DNA of 26,800 nt from a virus (lineage: Duplodnaviria; Caudoviricetes), in IMG/VR virus record IMGVR_UViG_3300030095_002559, positions 1 to 26,800 of that record; one strand, written 5' to 3'. The number at the start of each line of letters is the position of its first letter. Position 1 is the stretch's first letter. A program made the position numbers and the translations under genes. Below are positions 9,213 to 18,186 of this stretch, piece by piece. The notes under the pieces are model-generated. The model ran no database searches, was not told the origin of the DNA, and was given only the letters and a program-made list of their open reading frames with translations.

Positions 9213-10232
9213 TTACTCCTGTGGTAAAACTAGATTGACACTATACTTTTGATTAAATAAATCTACGTCTTGTTGTGTTGCTATTGTTGCAAAGTCTTCT
9301 AATGCTTCTGGACTTAATGCAATAAGTTTTACGATATCATCACCTATCTCTTTTGGTAATCTAGCTCTTAAAGTTGCAAAATCTATTTTAGGTTCTTCTG
9401 TTGTTCCTTGATCCGCGGGCATTGATTCACCACCCATTTGTAATCCAATACGACCACCATCAGCTTTTGCCTCCTCTATTTTAGGAACTGTTTGAAAAAA
9501 TTCTGCATATCTTCTAAATGCTTCTTTTAACAGATCAGGATCACTTTTACCATCTGGATATTTATCTATCATTAATTCTGGGTTATTAGGATCAGGTATT
9601 TGTTCATCTTTTAATGAATTAATAATACCTTTTAAAACATCAGCAGCAAAATCAGTTTGTTGCATTAACGATTTACCAACAGCATTTTCTTTAGATAAAT
9701 AATTTAATCTAGCTTGAGCTTTATCTAATTCATCTTTAAGACCTGTCTCACCTGCTGCAATTCTTTTGTTAAGCTCAGTTATTTTACCCATTGTTCTTTC
9801 AATATCATTTGCTATTTCAAGTTTAGCATATGTCTTACCACTAGTTCCACCAGAAGCCTCAGCTTTAGCTTCTATTAAAGTTTTAAATAAATCTGCATCT
9901 GTTGCAAACTTTGTAGCTCTTTCAGTGTCTATATCTTTGAAAAGTTGTTCTGTTGGTGCTTTAGCTGCAGATGCAACTGTAGAGAAGAAACCACCTTCTG
10001 GTGGTCTTGATAATAAATCTAAACCAAATGTAGTTAAAAATCTTGAAAGACCCTCACCTTGTGGTCTTTGAAATTGTGGAAACATTTCTTTTGCTTTTGT
10101 AAACTCTTCTTGAGTTGGTAACACACGACCTGCATCAAAATAGTTTTGTCTCGGTGTATCTAGTCCTGTCGTAATGCCAGTTCCTGCAGAACCACCTATT
10201 CTAAACATTGGTCTTTTTAAAATTCTATTCAT
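9213..10232 (-). CDS. Putative internal virion protein (339 aa)
   Basis: MNRILKRPMFRIGG start, ADGGRIG motif, C-terminal LRARLPKEI...FATIATQQDVDLFNQKY module; lies in the ejection-protein cluster. Confidence 0.6.
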   Translation of the reverse strand: MNRILKRPMFRIGGSAGTGITTGLDTPRQNYFDAGRVLPTQEEFTKAKEMFPQFQRPQGEGLSRFLTTFGLDLLSRPPEGGFFSTVASAAKAPTEQLFKDIDTERATKFATDADLFKTLIEAKAEASGGTSGKTYAKLEIANDIERTMGKITELNKRIAAGETGLKDELDKAQARLNYLSKENAVGKSLMQQTDFAADVLKGIINSLKDEQIPDPNNPELMIDKYPDGKSDPDLLKEAFRRYAEFFQTVPKIEEAKADGGRIGLQMGGESMPADQGTTEEPKIDFATLRARLPKEIGDDIVKLIALSPEALEDFATIATQQDVDLFNQKYSVNLVLPQE

Positions 10233-10234
10233 TA

Positions 10235-11236
10235 CTATCCACCAAAAAGAGGTCTTGGGTTTACCGCTCCATAAATACCAGCAAGTGTTGTTCCAACACC
10301 AAGAGCTGTTTGTAATGGTGTAGGGTTAGGTCTTATAGTTTGTTGAAACTGTGCAGGGTATCCACCCATTAATCCAGTTACTTGTCCAGCAAATCTATCT
10401 AACTGTTCTTGTGGTTGGAATGCTGCTTGTCTTGCTGCTTCTCTTTGTGCATCGAGTTGAGCCTGTGCTTGTGCCTGGTTTGCTGCGCCCAGTCGACCTA
10501 AAGTAGAAATATCTCCTTGTTGTAATCCAGGCACGAGAGATGCTAAACCTGCTTGTTGTTGTCCTAATCCGGATTGTGCTTGTGCTATGTTAAACCTGTT
10601 AGCTATGTCTTGTTGTCTAGCTGCTTGTGCTTGACCAAAACCTTGTTGTAAAAGTCCTGCCTGTAATAAAGCTCTTTCTCTCGCTGCCCCTGTGCCAAAC
10701 TCGGCGAGTTGCACTCCCGCTCGGCCACTGCCGAGCACTCCCAAAGCTGTTTGTTGATCTTTTATTTGCTGTTCTCTAATAGCTTGATTACGATCAAATT
10801 CTGAAAGTGTTGCATCAATCACTTGTGATTGATAAGGGGACATAAAGTCTTGAATCTGTTGTGTTGTTGCTGCCCCTGTTGGTATACCACCTATTGTAGT
10901 TCCTGCTGCACCAACTTGTTGTTGTGCTGCGGTTACGAATGGTTGAAAAGATCCTATACCAGTTTGTGCTAGTTGTTGTGCTTGTGTTGTTAATGCGTCT
11001 TGTGCTGCGATTTGTGGTGCAAGTCCAGCTAAACTTTCTTGTCTTGTTGTAAATGCTTTAGCTGCATCTTGTCTTGCTTTAAAACCTGCTGCAGTTTCAC
11101 CAGGTTGTTGTGTAATACCTGCAATGCCAGTTGATACAACTGGAACAGCTGTTTGAGCTGTAATTTGTTTTGCTAGGTCTAGACCTAAATCTTCAATAAA
11201 TTTTGCGGGTAATGTTCTTTGTTCAGTTACAGCCAT
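10235..11236 (-). CDS. Putative DNA-transfer/ejection protein (Gln/Ala/Gly-rich, 333 aa)
   Basis: Q/A-rich helical composition, FMSPYQSQVID motif, hydrophobic C-terminal LQTALGVGTTLAGIYG. Confidence 0.6.
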   Translation of the reverse strand: MAVTEQRTLPAKFIEDLGLDLAKQITAQTAVPVVSTGIAGITQQPGETAAGFKARQDAAKAFTTRQESLAGLAPQIAAQDALTTQAQQLAQTGIGSFQPFVTAAQQQVGAAGTTIGGIPTGAATTQQIQDFMSPYQSQVIDATLSEFDRNQAIREQQIKDQQTALGVLGSGRAGVQLAEFGTGAARERALLQAGLLQQGFGQAQAARQQDIANRFNIAQAQSGLGQQQAGLASLVPGLQQGDISTLGRLGAANQAQAQAQLDAQREAARQAAFQPQEQLDRFAGQVTGLMGGYPAQFQQTIRPNPTPLQTALGVGTTLAGIYGAVNPRPLFGG

Positions 11237-12987
11237 TATAATACTTCCTCTAATCTTTGTGATGTTTGAAACATTTTACGTGCGCCTTCTAAGCCTTGCG
11301 ATTCTTCAGATACGTCACCCCCGGCTTCTAGGTTCTTCATCATGTTATACATAACTTCTGCGCCTTTGTCTACATCTCCATCACCTGCATTTCTAACCGC
11401 ATCAGCTGTAAATACAAACTCATTCTTAGATAATCTAGCTGGTACATCATCTGCTTTTTCCATACGTCCAATAGGCACAAAACCACCGTCTTCTCTGTAG
11501 TCTTTTTCCATACCACCCATATCTAATAAAGGCATTACCTTTTTAGCTACTGGTTCTTTAGAGCCTTTTTGATAACCTATTCTACCACCGTCAGCAGCGT
11601 AGAAATCGAATTCACTACCTGCAAACCTAGATCTTAAAGTATCAAAAGGTCTTGCTGTAATTCCTTCTATATCTAATGATGGACCTCTGTCTTCATCTCT
11701 AAACTCCTCTGGTTCTTGTTGTTTTTTAGCTGTTATTCCTGCTAGTGCTGATGTTCCTAATATTGTTAAAAGCGGGTTTTCTTTTATAAAATCTAACGCT
11801 TTACTGTCTTTAGCAGCTTTAAATATATTTTTACCTTTTTGAAAAATACTTGTGTCTTTAGGCACTGCTCTTTCAAATATTTGACCCATACCTCTATCAG
11901 GAATTATACCTTTTTGTATTTGAGATGATATTAAATTAGGTTTTTGAGTAGCTAGGACTACATCGTCAGCATCAAAGAAACGAGGTCTTATTTGACCCAT
12001 AGCTCTATCAGGTATAGCTCCTGCGCTTATATCACTTGCAACTCTTGCTCTACCAGCAATACCTGTTGGATCTGCTTTTGGTGCTCCTCCTGGAGGAAAT
12101 GCTTTGGCAGTTGCTCCAGATAAAGCTGCTGATAATGCAATATCTTTAAAATCTAAATCTTCGTCTGATGCAAGTTGCGTGATACCTGTTGTTGCACCAG
12201 ATATTAATGCTGCTTTTTGTGCAGCGGATAAACTTCCCATAACACCAGTACCAAAAGCAGGACCAAGTGCGTATGGTGCTGCAACTGCTATAGCTAGTCT
12301 ACCAACTGGGCTCTTTGCAACTTTTTTAACTGTTGAAACTGTTTTCTTTGCAACTTTTTTTATTGGACGTGTAATTTTTCTTACAAAACTACCTAAACCA
12401 TAAGCTTGTCTTTCTTCATCAGTATCTTCTAAAAAACCACCGTCAGCAAAAAATCTATATGCTAGTCTATTTAAATCCATAGGTCTTTGCATAGGCATTA
12501 CTGGTGCGACTGTTCCTGGAGCGATTTGTGTTTGTGCAAATGTAGGGGGTATGTATTCTCCCTCTCCTCCTGGTTCAACAGTGTCATCATCGTCGTCTGT
12601 AAAAAAATCTAATTTTGCTTGTTCGTAAACATTTGGGTCTTTAATACCTTTTTTAGTATTAAAAAGATTTATACCAAAAGTTGGTACTTTTGTTTTTAAA
12701 CTAATAAGACCTTTAAATATATTTGTAGGAGTAAGAAGCTCTTTTAAACCTTCACCTTTGTCAGTTTTATCTGATCGGGTTTTACCCTTATCACCCATAC
12801 GTGTTTCTCTATTTAAATCACCTAATGAATCTGCTCCAGTTTCTGGTCCATCTCCTTTACTAGCTTCACTACCGCCATATGCATCATCACCACGGTATCC
12901 TTGTCTAGTACCACCAAATCCTGGTTGTACTAACATACCCCCGTTTTGTAACATCTGTTTTGCTTGTTGTGCTCTTGTTATGGCCAT
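11236..12987 (-). CDS. Putative internal virion/ejection protein with multiple xxGG motifs (583 aa)
   Basis: QNGG, FADGG, ADGGRIGY and EDGG motifs; hydrophobic stretches; C-terminal ADDVPARLSKNEFVFTADAVR. Confidence 0.6.
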   Translation of the reverse strand: MAITRAQQAKQMLQNGGMLVQPGFGGTRQGYRGDDAYGGSEASKGDGPETGADSLGDLNRETRMGDKGKTRSDKTDKGEGLKELLTPTNIFKGLISLKTKVPTFGINLFNTKKGIKDPNVYEQAKLDFFTDDDDDTVEPGGEGEYIPPTFAQTQIAPGTVAPVMPMQRPMDLNRLAYRFFADGGFLEDTDEERQAYGLGSFVRKITRPIKKVAKKTVSTVKKVAKSPVGRLAIAVAAPYALGPAFGTGVMGSLSAAQKAALISGATTGITQLASDEDLDFKDIALSAALSGATAKAFPPGGAPKADPTGIAGRARVASDISAGAIPDRAMGQIRPRFFDADDVVLATQKPNLISSQIQKGIIPDRGMGQIFERAVPKDTSIFQKGKNIFKAAKDSKALDFIKENPLLTILGTSALAGITAKKQQEPEEFRDEDRGPSLDIEGITARPFDTLRSRFAGSEFDFYAADGGRIGYQKGSKEPVAKKVMPLLDMGGMEKDYREDGGFVPIGRMEKADDVPARLSKNEFVFTADAVRNAGDGDVDKGAEVMYNMMKNLEAGGDVSEESQGLEGARKMFQTSQRLEEVL

Positions 12988-12996
12988 TTTTCTATT

Positions 12997-13176
12997 CTAT
13001 TTTGTTTTACCAAATAAATCAAGGCTAGGCATTTTTATAGTTACGTCTCTTTGTACGTCTTCTACTGGGATATTAGCCATTTTTAAAGCTTCTTCGCTTT
13101 CATAAATTTCACCAGTTTTTTTATTTTTTATAGTTGTTTTAATGTCTTCTGGTTTTATTACCATTACTTTACTCAT
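12997..13176 (-). CDS. Small hypothetical phage protein (59 aa, not in track)
   Basis: MSKVMVIKPEDIKTTIKNKKTGEIYESEEALKMANIPVEDVQRDVTIKMPSLDLFGKTK; TAATG-coupled and fills the gap. Confidence 0.7.
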   Translation of the reverse strand: MSKVMVIKPEDIKTTIKNKKTGEIYESEEALKMANIPVEDVQRDVTIKMPSLDLFGKTK

Positions 13177-13517
13177 TATGTCGTTACCTCTCTTGGCTGT
13201 ATTTCTAATATTGAGGCTATGACGTGCAGCCTACCTGCGTCAGCGGCCTGTACTTTTAATGCTTCACCTTCTTCCATTACAAGAGGTTGAGACAAAAGTT
13301 CTGTTGTTGCTTTAGATGCTACGGCTTTATCTTTAAATAAATTAAATATAGAACTACTAGCGTTTACTAAAGTTATAGTAATTGTACTTCCTGATCCGGC
13401 ATCCTCGGATATTAACAATGATTTAATAACAGCTGTCTTAAAACTAGGCACTGTATATAGTGTAGTTAAATCTGTTGTAGTTAAATCTACTTTTTTATTT
13501 ATAAAACTATTAGCCAT
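13176..13517 (-). CDS. Conserved hypothetical virion-region protein (113 aa, beta-rich)
   Basis: MANSFINKK...TTLYTVP...LHVIASILEI; coupled on both sides. Confidence 0.75.
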   Translation of the reverse strand: MANSFINKKVDLTTTDLTTLYTVPSFKTAVIKSLLISEDAGSGSTITITLVNASSSIFNLFKDKAVASKATTELLSQPLVMEEGEALKVQAADAGRLHVIASILEIQPREVTT

Positions 13518-13681
13518 TATTGTAAAAAGAAGTTAAATGCTTCTACCTCTTGTTTTAGTTCTTCTTGAAATGTTGTATTTAATTTTTCTACAATTGCATC
13601 AAGATCTCTTACTTGTGCCTCTGCCGTTCCTAAATCATATTCTTTACTTGGTCTTGTTAATACTTGTACTATCTTTGCCAT
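13517..13681 (-). CDS. Small hypothetical phage protein (54 aa, not in track)
   Basis: MAKIVQVLTRPSKEYDLGTAEAQVRDLDAIVEKLNTTFQEELKQEVEAFNFFLQ; TAATG overlaps at both ends. Confidence 0.75.
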   Translation of the reverse strand: MAKIVQVLTRPSKEYDLGTAEAQVRDLDAIVEKLNTTFQEELKQEVEAFNFFLQ

Positions 13682-15855
13682 TATCTACGTCCGTCCGGTT
13701 GTATATCTAATCTAAAAGTTCCTAACTTCCAGTTTTGAGAAGAAGAGGTATTTTCTATTTTTAATGCAATAGCTCTAGCTCTTGCGCGTGTATCTACTTT
13801 TTGTGTAGCTGTTGAAACTGTAAATGGTCCTAATGATGAACTAGCTTGGGCATCATTTGGAAAATTTCTTAATTGTAATGTAACTTGTGCATTTCCTGTT
13901 TGAGATATAAAATCTGGTATAAATCTTCTTATCTTCATTATAAACTCACCATCTCCTCTAATATCAGCTGTGCCTGTTGTTGCACCTCGTGCAATCCTTT
14001 GAGTAATATCAAAATCTCCAGAAGCTATGTTAGCTGTGATAGCTGTTATAGTTCCATTTTTATTTTGATCTGTCCCTGTTTCGTGTTCATAGTATATTGT
14101 TGTGCCCTCTGTGTTTCCTACCACATCAAAAGATGTGTCAGTTCCCGCATCATATTCTGTTGCGTGTGGTAAACCAAATACTGCAGAATCTCTCCACATT
14201 GTTCTGGATAATGTTCCGTTTGTCCAAACTGGCCTTTGTGGTGAAGAGTCAAAATAGTTATATGCAACCATTCTGTTTACAACAGAGGATGAGGAAGTTG
14301 GATAGAACCACATGACCTCACCAAAAAGATTGTTTAATCCAGCAGATACCATTTGGTTACCAGATGTTAAATTAATATCGTCGTATACAAAATCTTCTAC
14401 TAAGCATGGTAGTGATTCTAGTTTACCAGCATATCTAAAAAAACCATTCTCTGACATCCAGTATGCAGAACCATCTACTTCAACACACGCATTTTTTCCA
14501 ACAAGTCCACAGTTAGTTCCAACTTGTGCAAACGCAAAGGTAAAAGGTTGACCAACAAAACGTTGCGTAAATAATGCTGTATCAGTCCAAACATAGATTG
14601 CATCTCTACCTCTAATGGCTCCTATGATCTTTGATCCATCAGCCAATCTTTGTGTACCTGCTGTATTGGTTGCTGTAGGTGTATATGTATTTATATCCTC
14701 TTGATCAGAGAATCTGATAAACATACTGTCTTGTGTTTGTGTATCTCCAATAGTTGTTTCTGTTCCAAAAAACACTAAGTGACGATCGGGTGTAGATACT
14801 ATCATATGTCTTGATGCTGTTGGTGCTCCAGATATAATTGTGGCTCTAGTAGTTGTTGCATTCGATAATGAAGAGTCCCATTCAAAACAAGCATTGTTTG
14901 CAATTAAACAAATAGCTTTGTCACCAAAATTATCTATAGACCACATACCAGGTTCAATAACTAAGTCTCCTGATGCAGCTTCACCCCATGCTACAAAGTC
15001 TGAAGTGTCGGTAACTGTGGCTCCATCACTATGAGATGCAGCTGTTGTATTTCTAACACCTCTAGTTACACCTGTTAAAGTGTTTGATGTAATACCTGTG
15101 TAAGACATTTCTTCAGTTCCTATTTTAATAAAGTTAGTTCCTGTGCTAGGAAACTGAGAAGCGTCCGTTAATACAATAGTTGTTGTTGAATCATTAATGG
15201 CACCATTTAAAGTGGTCGTTGTTGCACCTGGCTCTTCTCCACCCCATGTTCCTAATGACCAACCAAAACCTCTTGCTTGAACAGCTGGTCCAACAGGGTA
15301 ATAATGTTGAACTCTAATTCCACCTGATGTTGTAGCACCAGATCCAGATTCGTTTGATGGCATTGTTATTGTTAAGGTTGTAGTAGATGGCACAGATGTC
15401 ACCATAAATTTTTTGTCATCAAAATCAGATGCGCTAAAATTAGAACCAGTTATAGCAGTAAAACTATCTAATAAAATTATTTCACCCGCAGCAATATTGT
15501 GCGCTGAAGGAAAAGTGATTGTAACAATAGGCGAACCATTGGTTGTGCTAAAAGCACTTGTTAAAGTTGTTGTAGTTTTTATGGGGTGTATGTCATGAAA
15601 AAGACCACCTGAGAATGCGTATAAAATTCTGTTTGTACCTATGATTGCATACTTTCTACCCACACTATTGATGTAGTGGTGTAGACCTCTAGTAGCTCCT
15701 GTTAAAGCATCTGTTCCTAATTGTTTCCATCCACCTATCTTTTCTGGAGTGCCATATCTAAATCTAACGTTATCGCAGTCTATCCACTGGCCTTCGGCTG
15801 TGGTTGCAGATATTTGTTTATTTATTCCAGGCTGAAAACCTATTTTTTGTAGCAT
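13681..15855 (-). CDS. Tail nozzle / packaged-DNA stabilisation protein (P22 gp10 / T7 gp12-like beta-propeller)
   Basis: 724 aa beta-rich; GQWIDCDNVRF, IRFSDQED, VWTD, YWMS and EVMWFYP motifs; ends DIQPDGRR; upstream of the ejection genes. Confidence 0.72.
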   Translation of the reverse strand: MLQKIGFQPGINKQISATTAEGQWIDCDNVRFRYGTPEKIGGWKQLGTDALTGATRGLHHYINSVGRKYAIIGTNRILYAFSGGLFHDIHPIKTTTTLTSAFSTTNGSPIVTITFPSAHNIAAGEIILLDSFTAITGSNFSASDFDDKKFMVTSVPSTTTLTITMPSNESGSGATTSGGIRVQHYYPVGPAVQARGFGWSLGTWGGEEPGATTTTLNGAINDSTTTIVLTDASQFPSTGTNFIKIGTEEMSYTGITSNTLTGVTRGVRNTTAASHSDGATVTDTSDFVAWGEAASGDLVIEPGMWSIDNFGDKAICLIANNACFEWDSSLSNATTTRATIISGAPTASRHMIVSTPDRHLVFFGTETTIGDTQTQDSMFIRFSDQEDINTYTPTATNTAGTQRLADGSKIIGAIRGRDAIYVWTDTALFTQRFVGQPFTFAFAQVGTNCGLVGKNACVEVDGSAYWMSENGFFRYAGKLESLPCLVEDFVYDDINLTSGNQMVSAGLNNLFGEVMWFYPTSSSSVVNRMVAYNYFDSSPQRPVWTNGTLSRTMWRDSAVFGLPHATEYDAGTDTSFDVVGNTEGTTIYYEHETGTDQNKNGTITAITANIASGDFDITQRIARGATTGTADIRGDGEFIMKIRRFIPDFISQTGNAQVTLQLRNFPNDAQASSSLGPFTVSTATQKVDTRARARAIALKIENTSSSQNWKLGTFRLDIQPDGRR

Positions 15856-15887
15856 ATAACCTCATATTCCGTATTGGTCGAATGCTT

Positions 15888-15916
15888 AACATATACTAGT
15901 ATATCCCTCACATCAA
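15888..15916 (-). promoter_or_regulatory. Sigma70-like promoter for nozzle/ejection/lysis genes with an overlapping palindrome
   Basis: TTGATG (15916-15911), 17 nt, TATGTT (15893-15888); palindrome ATATACTAGTATAT at 15891-15904; GAGG SD before ATG 15855. Confidence 0.6.
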
Positions 15917-15925
15917 GCGAGACTT

Positions 15926-16543
15926 TTAGCCCAAATTTAATTCATTCAAGCACTCGGGCTCACCGATTAGACCAGAAATAAAAGTATTAAAAGCTAAACT
16001 TATTCTAGTATTAGTTCCTTTTTTTGCTTCTACTTGATGAAGTGTGCTTGAGGGAAACATAACTAAATCACCCGTGCCAACATGAAACCACCACATGTGA
16101 GAGTTCCAAAGATTATAGTTTTCTACTTCAGGACTAATTTGTTGGTATTCTGATTTTGTGAATTTAATTTTGTCATTGTTAATATCACAATCAAAATATA
16201 AGACACCTGAAACAAATGAATTTGGATGTGAGTGCATATGATGAAATTCATTTTGTTCTGTGTAATTAAGCCAAGACTGAGTTATTCTAATATCTATTTT
16301 ATTTTTAGGACAGATAATAGTATCTATATAATTTTTGCAATGTCCTTCTAAAAAACTTTTTATGTTTTTAAATTCTTTTCTGTTTAATATATAATTGTCT
16401 TTTGTATTAATATTACCATTATTTTTAATACAATAATTTTTTTGTTCTTTTGCAAATAATAATTCTTGATTTGTAAAATCTCTGTCTATTTTTGTTTTAT
16501 AAACTGGTATGGGAAAAAGACTATGTATTGTTGGCTGTTCCAT
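15926..16543 (-). CDS. Putative 2OG-Fe(II) oxygenase (TIGR02466-like, HxH type)
   Basis: LFPIPVY start, SWLN, HSHPNSFVSGVLY, GDLVMFPSSTLHQV, RISLAFN. Confidence 0.85.
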   Translation of the reverse strand: MEQPTIHSLFPIPVYKTKIDRDFTNQELLFAKEQKNYCIKNNGNINTKDNYILNRKEFKNIKSFLEGHCKNYIDTIICPKNKIDIRITQSWLNYTEQNEFHHMHSHPNSFVSGVLYFDCDINNDKIKFTKSEYQQISPEVENYNLWNSHMWWFHVGTGDLVMFPSSTLHQVEAKKGTNTRISLAFNTFISGLIGEPECLNELNLG

Positions 16544-17116
16544 TTAAAAAACCCAAGATACTAGAGAGTATCTTGTTCCTTTTGTTACTGGTTTAACTAA
16601 ATGTGGATATAAAAATATTGATGGAAAAAGTAAAACATCTCCAGCTTTAAATTTTATTTCATGATCATCAAACAATATAAACTCACCGCCTTGATAATCA
16701 TCATTTAAAACTCCAACAATACTTAAAAACGGTATTCCTTTAACTTGACCATCAAATATACTGTGGATGTGATCATTGTGTTTAGCCATAGACTGACCTT
16801 CACTATATCTATTAAACCTAATTTTACTAAAACCTTTCCAACCACCAAAACTTTCTCCACCAATTTTATCAATTACAACATATCTTTCTATCGCTTTCCA
16901 TATATATTCATGCAATTCTTTATTATAAGTAAGATTATCACTAGTTAACATATCAAGTTCTTTCTTTCCATGTACATCACTTTCTGCATCATATGTTCTG
17001 ACATTAGTCCATTTATGTCTTAACCAATCTTGTTTATCGAACTCAATTATAGTTTTTTCTAAGATATTTTTAGGAATCCAATTATCTAATTGTAGTATGT
17101 AATCTTTTAAATTCAT
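16544..17116 (-). CDS. 2OG-Fe(II) oxygenase, prolyl-4-hydroxylase-like
   Basis: RFNRY...HND (HxD)...LNDDYQGGEF...FPSIFLYPHLVKPVTKGTRYS. Confidence 0.88.
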   Translation of the reverse strand: MNLKDYILQLDNWIPKNILEKTIIEFDKQDWLRHKWTNVRTYDAESDVHGKKELDMLTSDNLTYNKELHEYIWKAIERYVVIDKIGGESFGGWKGFSKIRFNRYSEGQSMAKHNDHIHSIFDGQVKGIPFLSIVGVLNDDYQGGEFILFDDHEIKFKAGDVLLFPSIFLYPHLVKPVTKGTRYSLVSWVF

Positions 17117-17599
17117 TTAAAAATAATTAAAGTTTATATTAAATCTTGCTTTTTCATCTGTGCAGTTTGTGCTGTTGTGTTCAACTGATGGGTCAAAAAA
17201 TAAAGCTCTGTTAGCTTTAGATTCTATTTTTTTATCTCCTATAACTGTATAACCATTACAATCATTTAAACTTAATATTAAACCTTTGTGCTCATACTTA
17301 TAATCAGTATGTGGTTTATGATAAACAATTTCATCTGATCTTGGATAACAATTACCTTTAACTCTTATTAATGCTTTTAAATTAATTTTTTTAAACACAG
17401 GTTCTAACACATAAAAATGATCGCTATTTATTGTATTTTTGTCGTAGAACATATGAGTAAAGTATAATGATCTTGGTTCATTTTCTTCATCTTCAGCAGA
17501 AACGTTTTGCTGATAAAACCAAGAAAAATGCCAATTTATTACTTTGTCTTTTATATTATTAAAATCTGTAACGTTTAAAAAATTATCAATTACTTCCAT
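17117..17599 (-). CDS. Small 2OG-Fe(II) oxygenase-like protein (probable start MEVIDNFL at 17599)
   Basis: VIDNFL start, HTD (HxD), NRALFFD...EHNS...RFNINFNY; AGGAG SD just before ATG 17599. Confidence 0.75.
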   Translation of the reverse strand: MEVIDNFLNVTDFNNIKDKVINWHFSWFYQQNVSAEDEENEPRSLYFTHMFYDKNTINSDHFYVLEPVFKKINLKALIRVKGNCYPRSDEIVYHKPHTDYKYEHKGLILSLNDCNGYTVIGDKKIESKANRALFFDPSVEHNSTNCTDEKARFNINFNYF

Positions 17600-18186
17600 G
17601 GTTCTCCTAAAGTCCATACAACTAGACTATATCTAGTGCCACTAATTACAGGTTTTATTCTATGCCAAACAAAAGAGGGAAATATTACTATAGACCCTTG
17701 TGTTTTTATTTCATCACACACTCTTATATTATTTTCTGGTCTATTTTTAAAATCAAACTCCAGTTCTCCACCATCGTATTCATTTTTATCATTAAGTAAA
17801 ATTGTTAAAGATAGTTTTCTTTGTTTGTTTACAATTGTTTCATCTTTATGTTGTTTTATTCTATCTGTAACACTATCTGTGTGCCAACCAAAAAAATGAT
17901 CTTTATTATAAATTGTAAACTGTGTTTTTTCAAATGTATGCCATTCAAAATTCCATTCAGCGTTATGATTAGCGTAATTAATATATGGTCTTAAATCATC
18001 ATAAATAAATTTTTGATCTAACCAAGAAACATCACAATCCCTGTTTTTACCAAGTATGTTTTTTTGATTAGCATCATACACTTTAGCTTTTTCTTTCGTA
18101 GCACTTAAACCTAAATTCATAACTTTATTACACCAATCTTTCGATAGAGCGTCTTTAAAATAATAGTAATAATTGCTTAGTTTCAT
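17590..18186 (-). CDS. 2OG-Fe(II) oxygenase, PKHD/prolyl-hydroxylase-like
   Basis: QFTIY...WHTD...RKLSLTILL...YDGGELEF...FPSFVWHRIKPVISGTRYSLVVW. Confidence 0.9.
   Translation of the reverse strand: MKLSNYYYYFKDALSKDWCNKVMNLGLSATKEKAKVYDANQKNILGKNRDCDVSWLDQKFIYDDLRPYINYANHNAEWNFEWHTFEKTQFTIYNKDHFFGWHTDSVTDRIKQHKDETIVNKQRKLSLTILLNDKNEYDGGELEFDFKNRPENNIRVCDEIKTQGSIVIFPSFVWHRIKPVISGTRYSLVVWTLGEPWK

Noticed and set aside
15320-15560. Resemblance to the ubiquitin-activating E1 FCCH domain, which together with the GG motifs might suggest a ubiquitin-like system
   Set aside because: No E1 adenylation, E2 or Ubl gene is visible; the segment is better read as a small beta-module in virion proteins.
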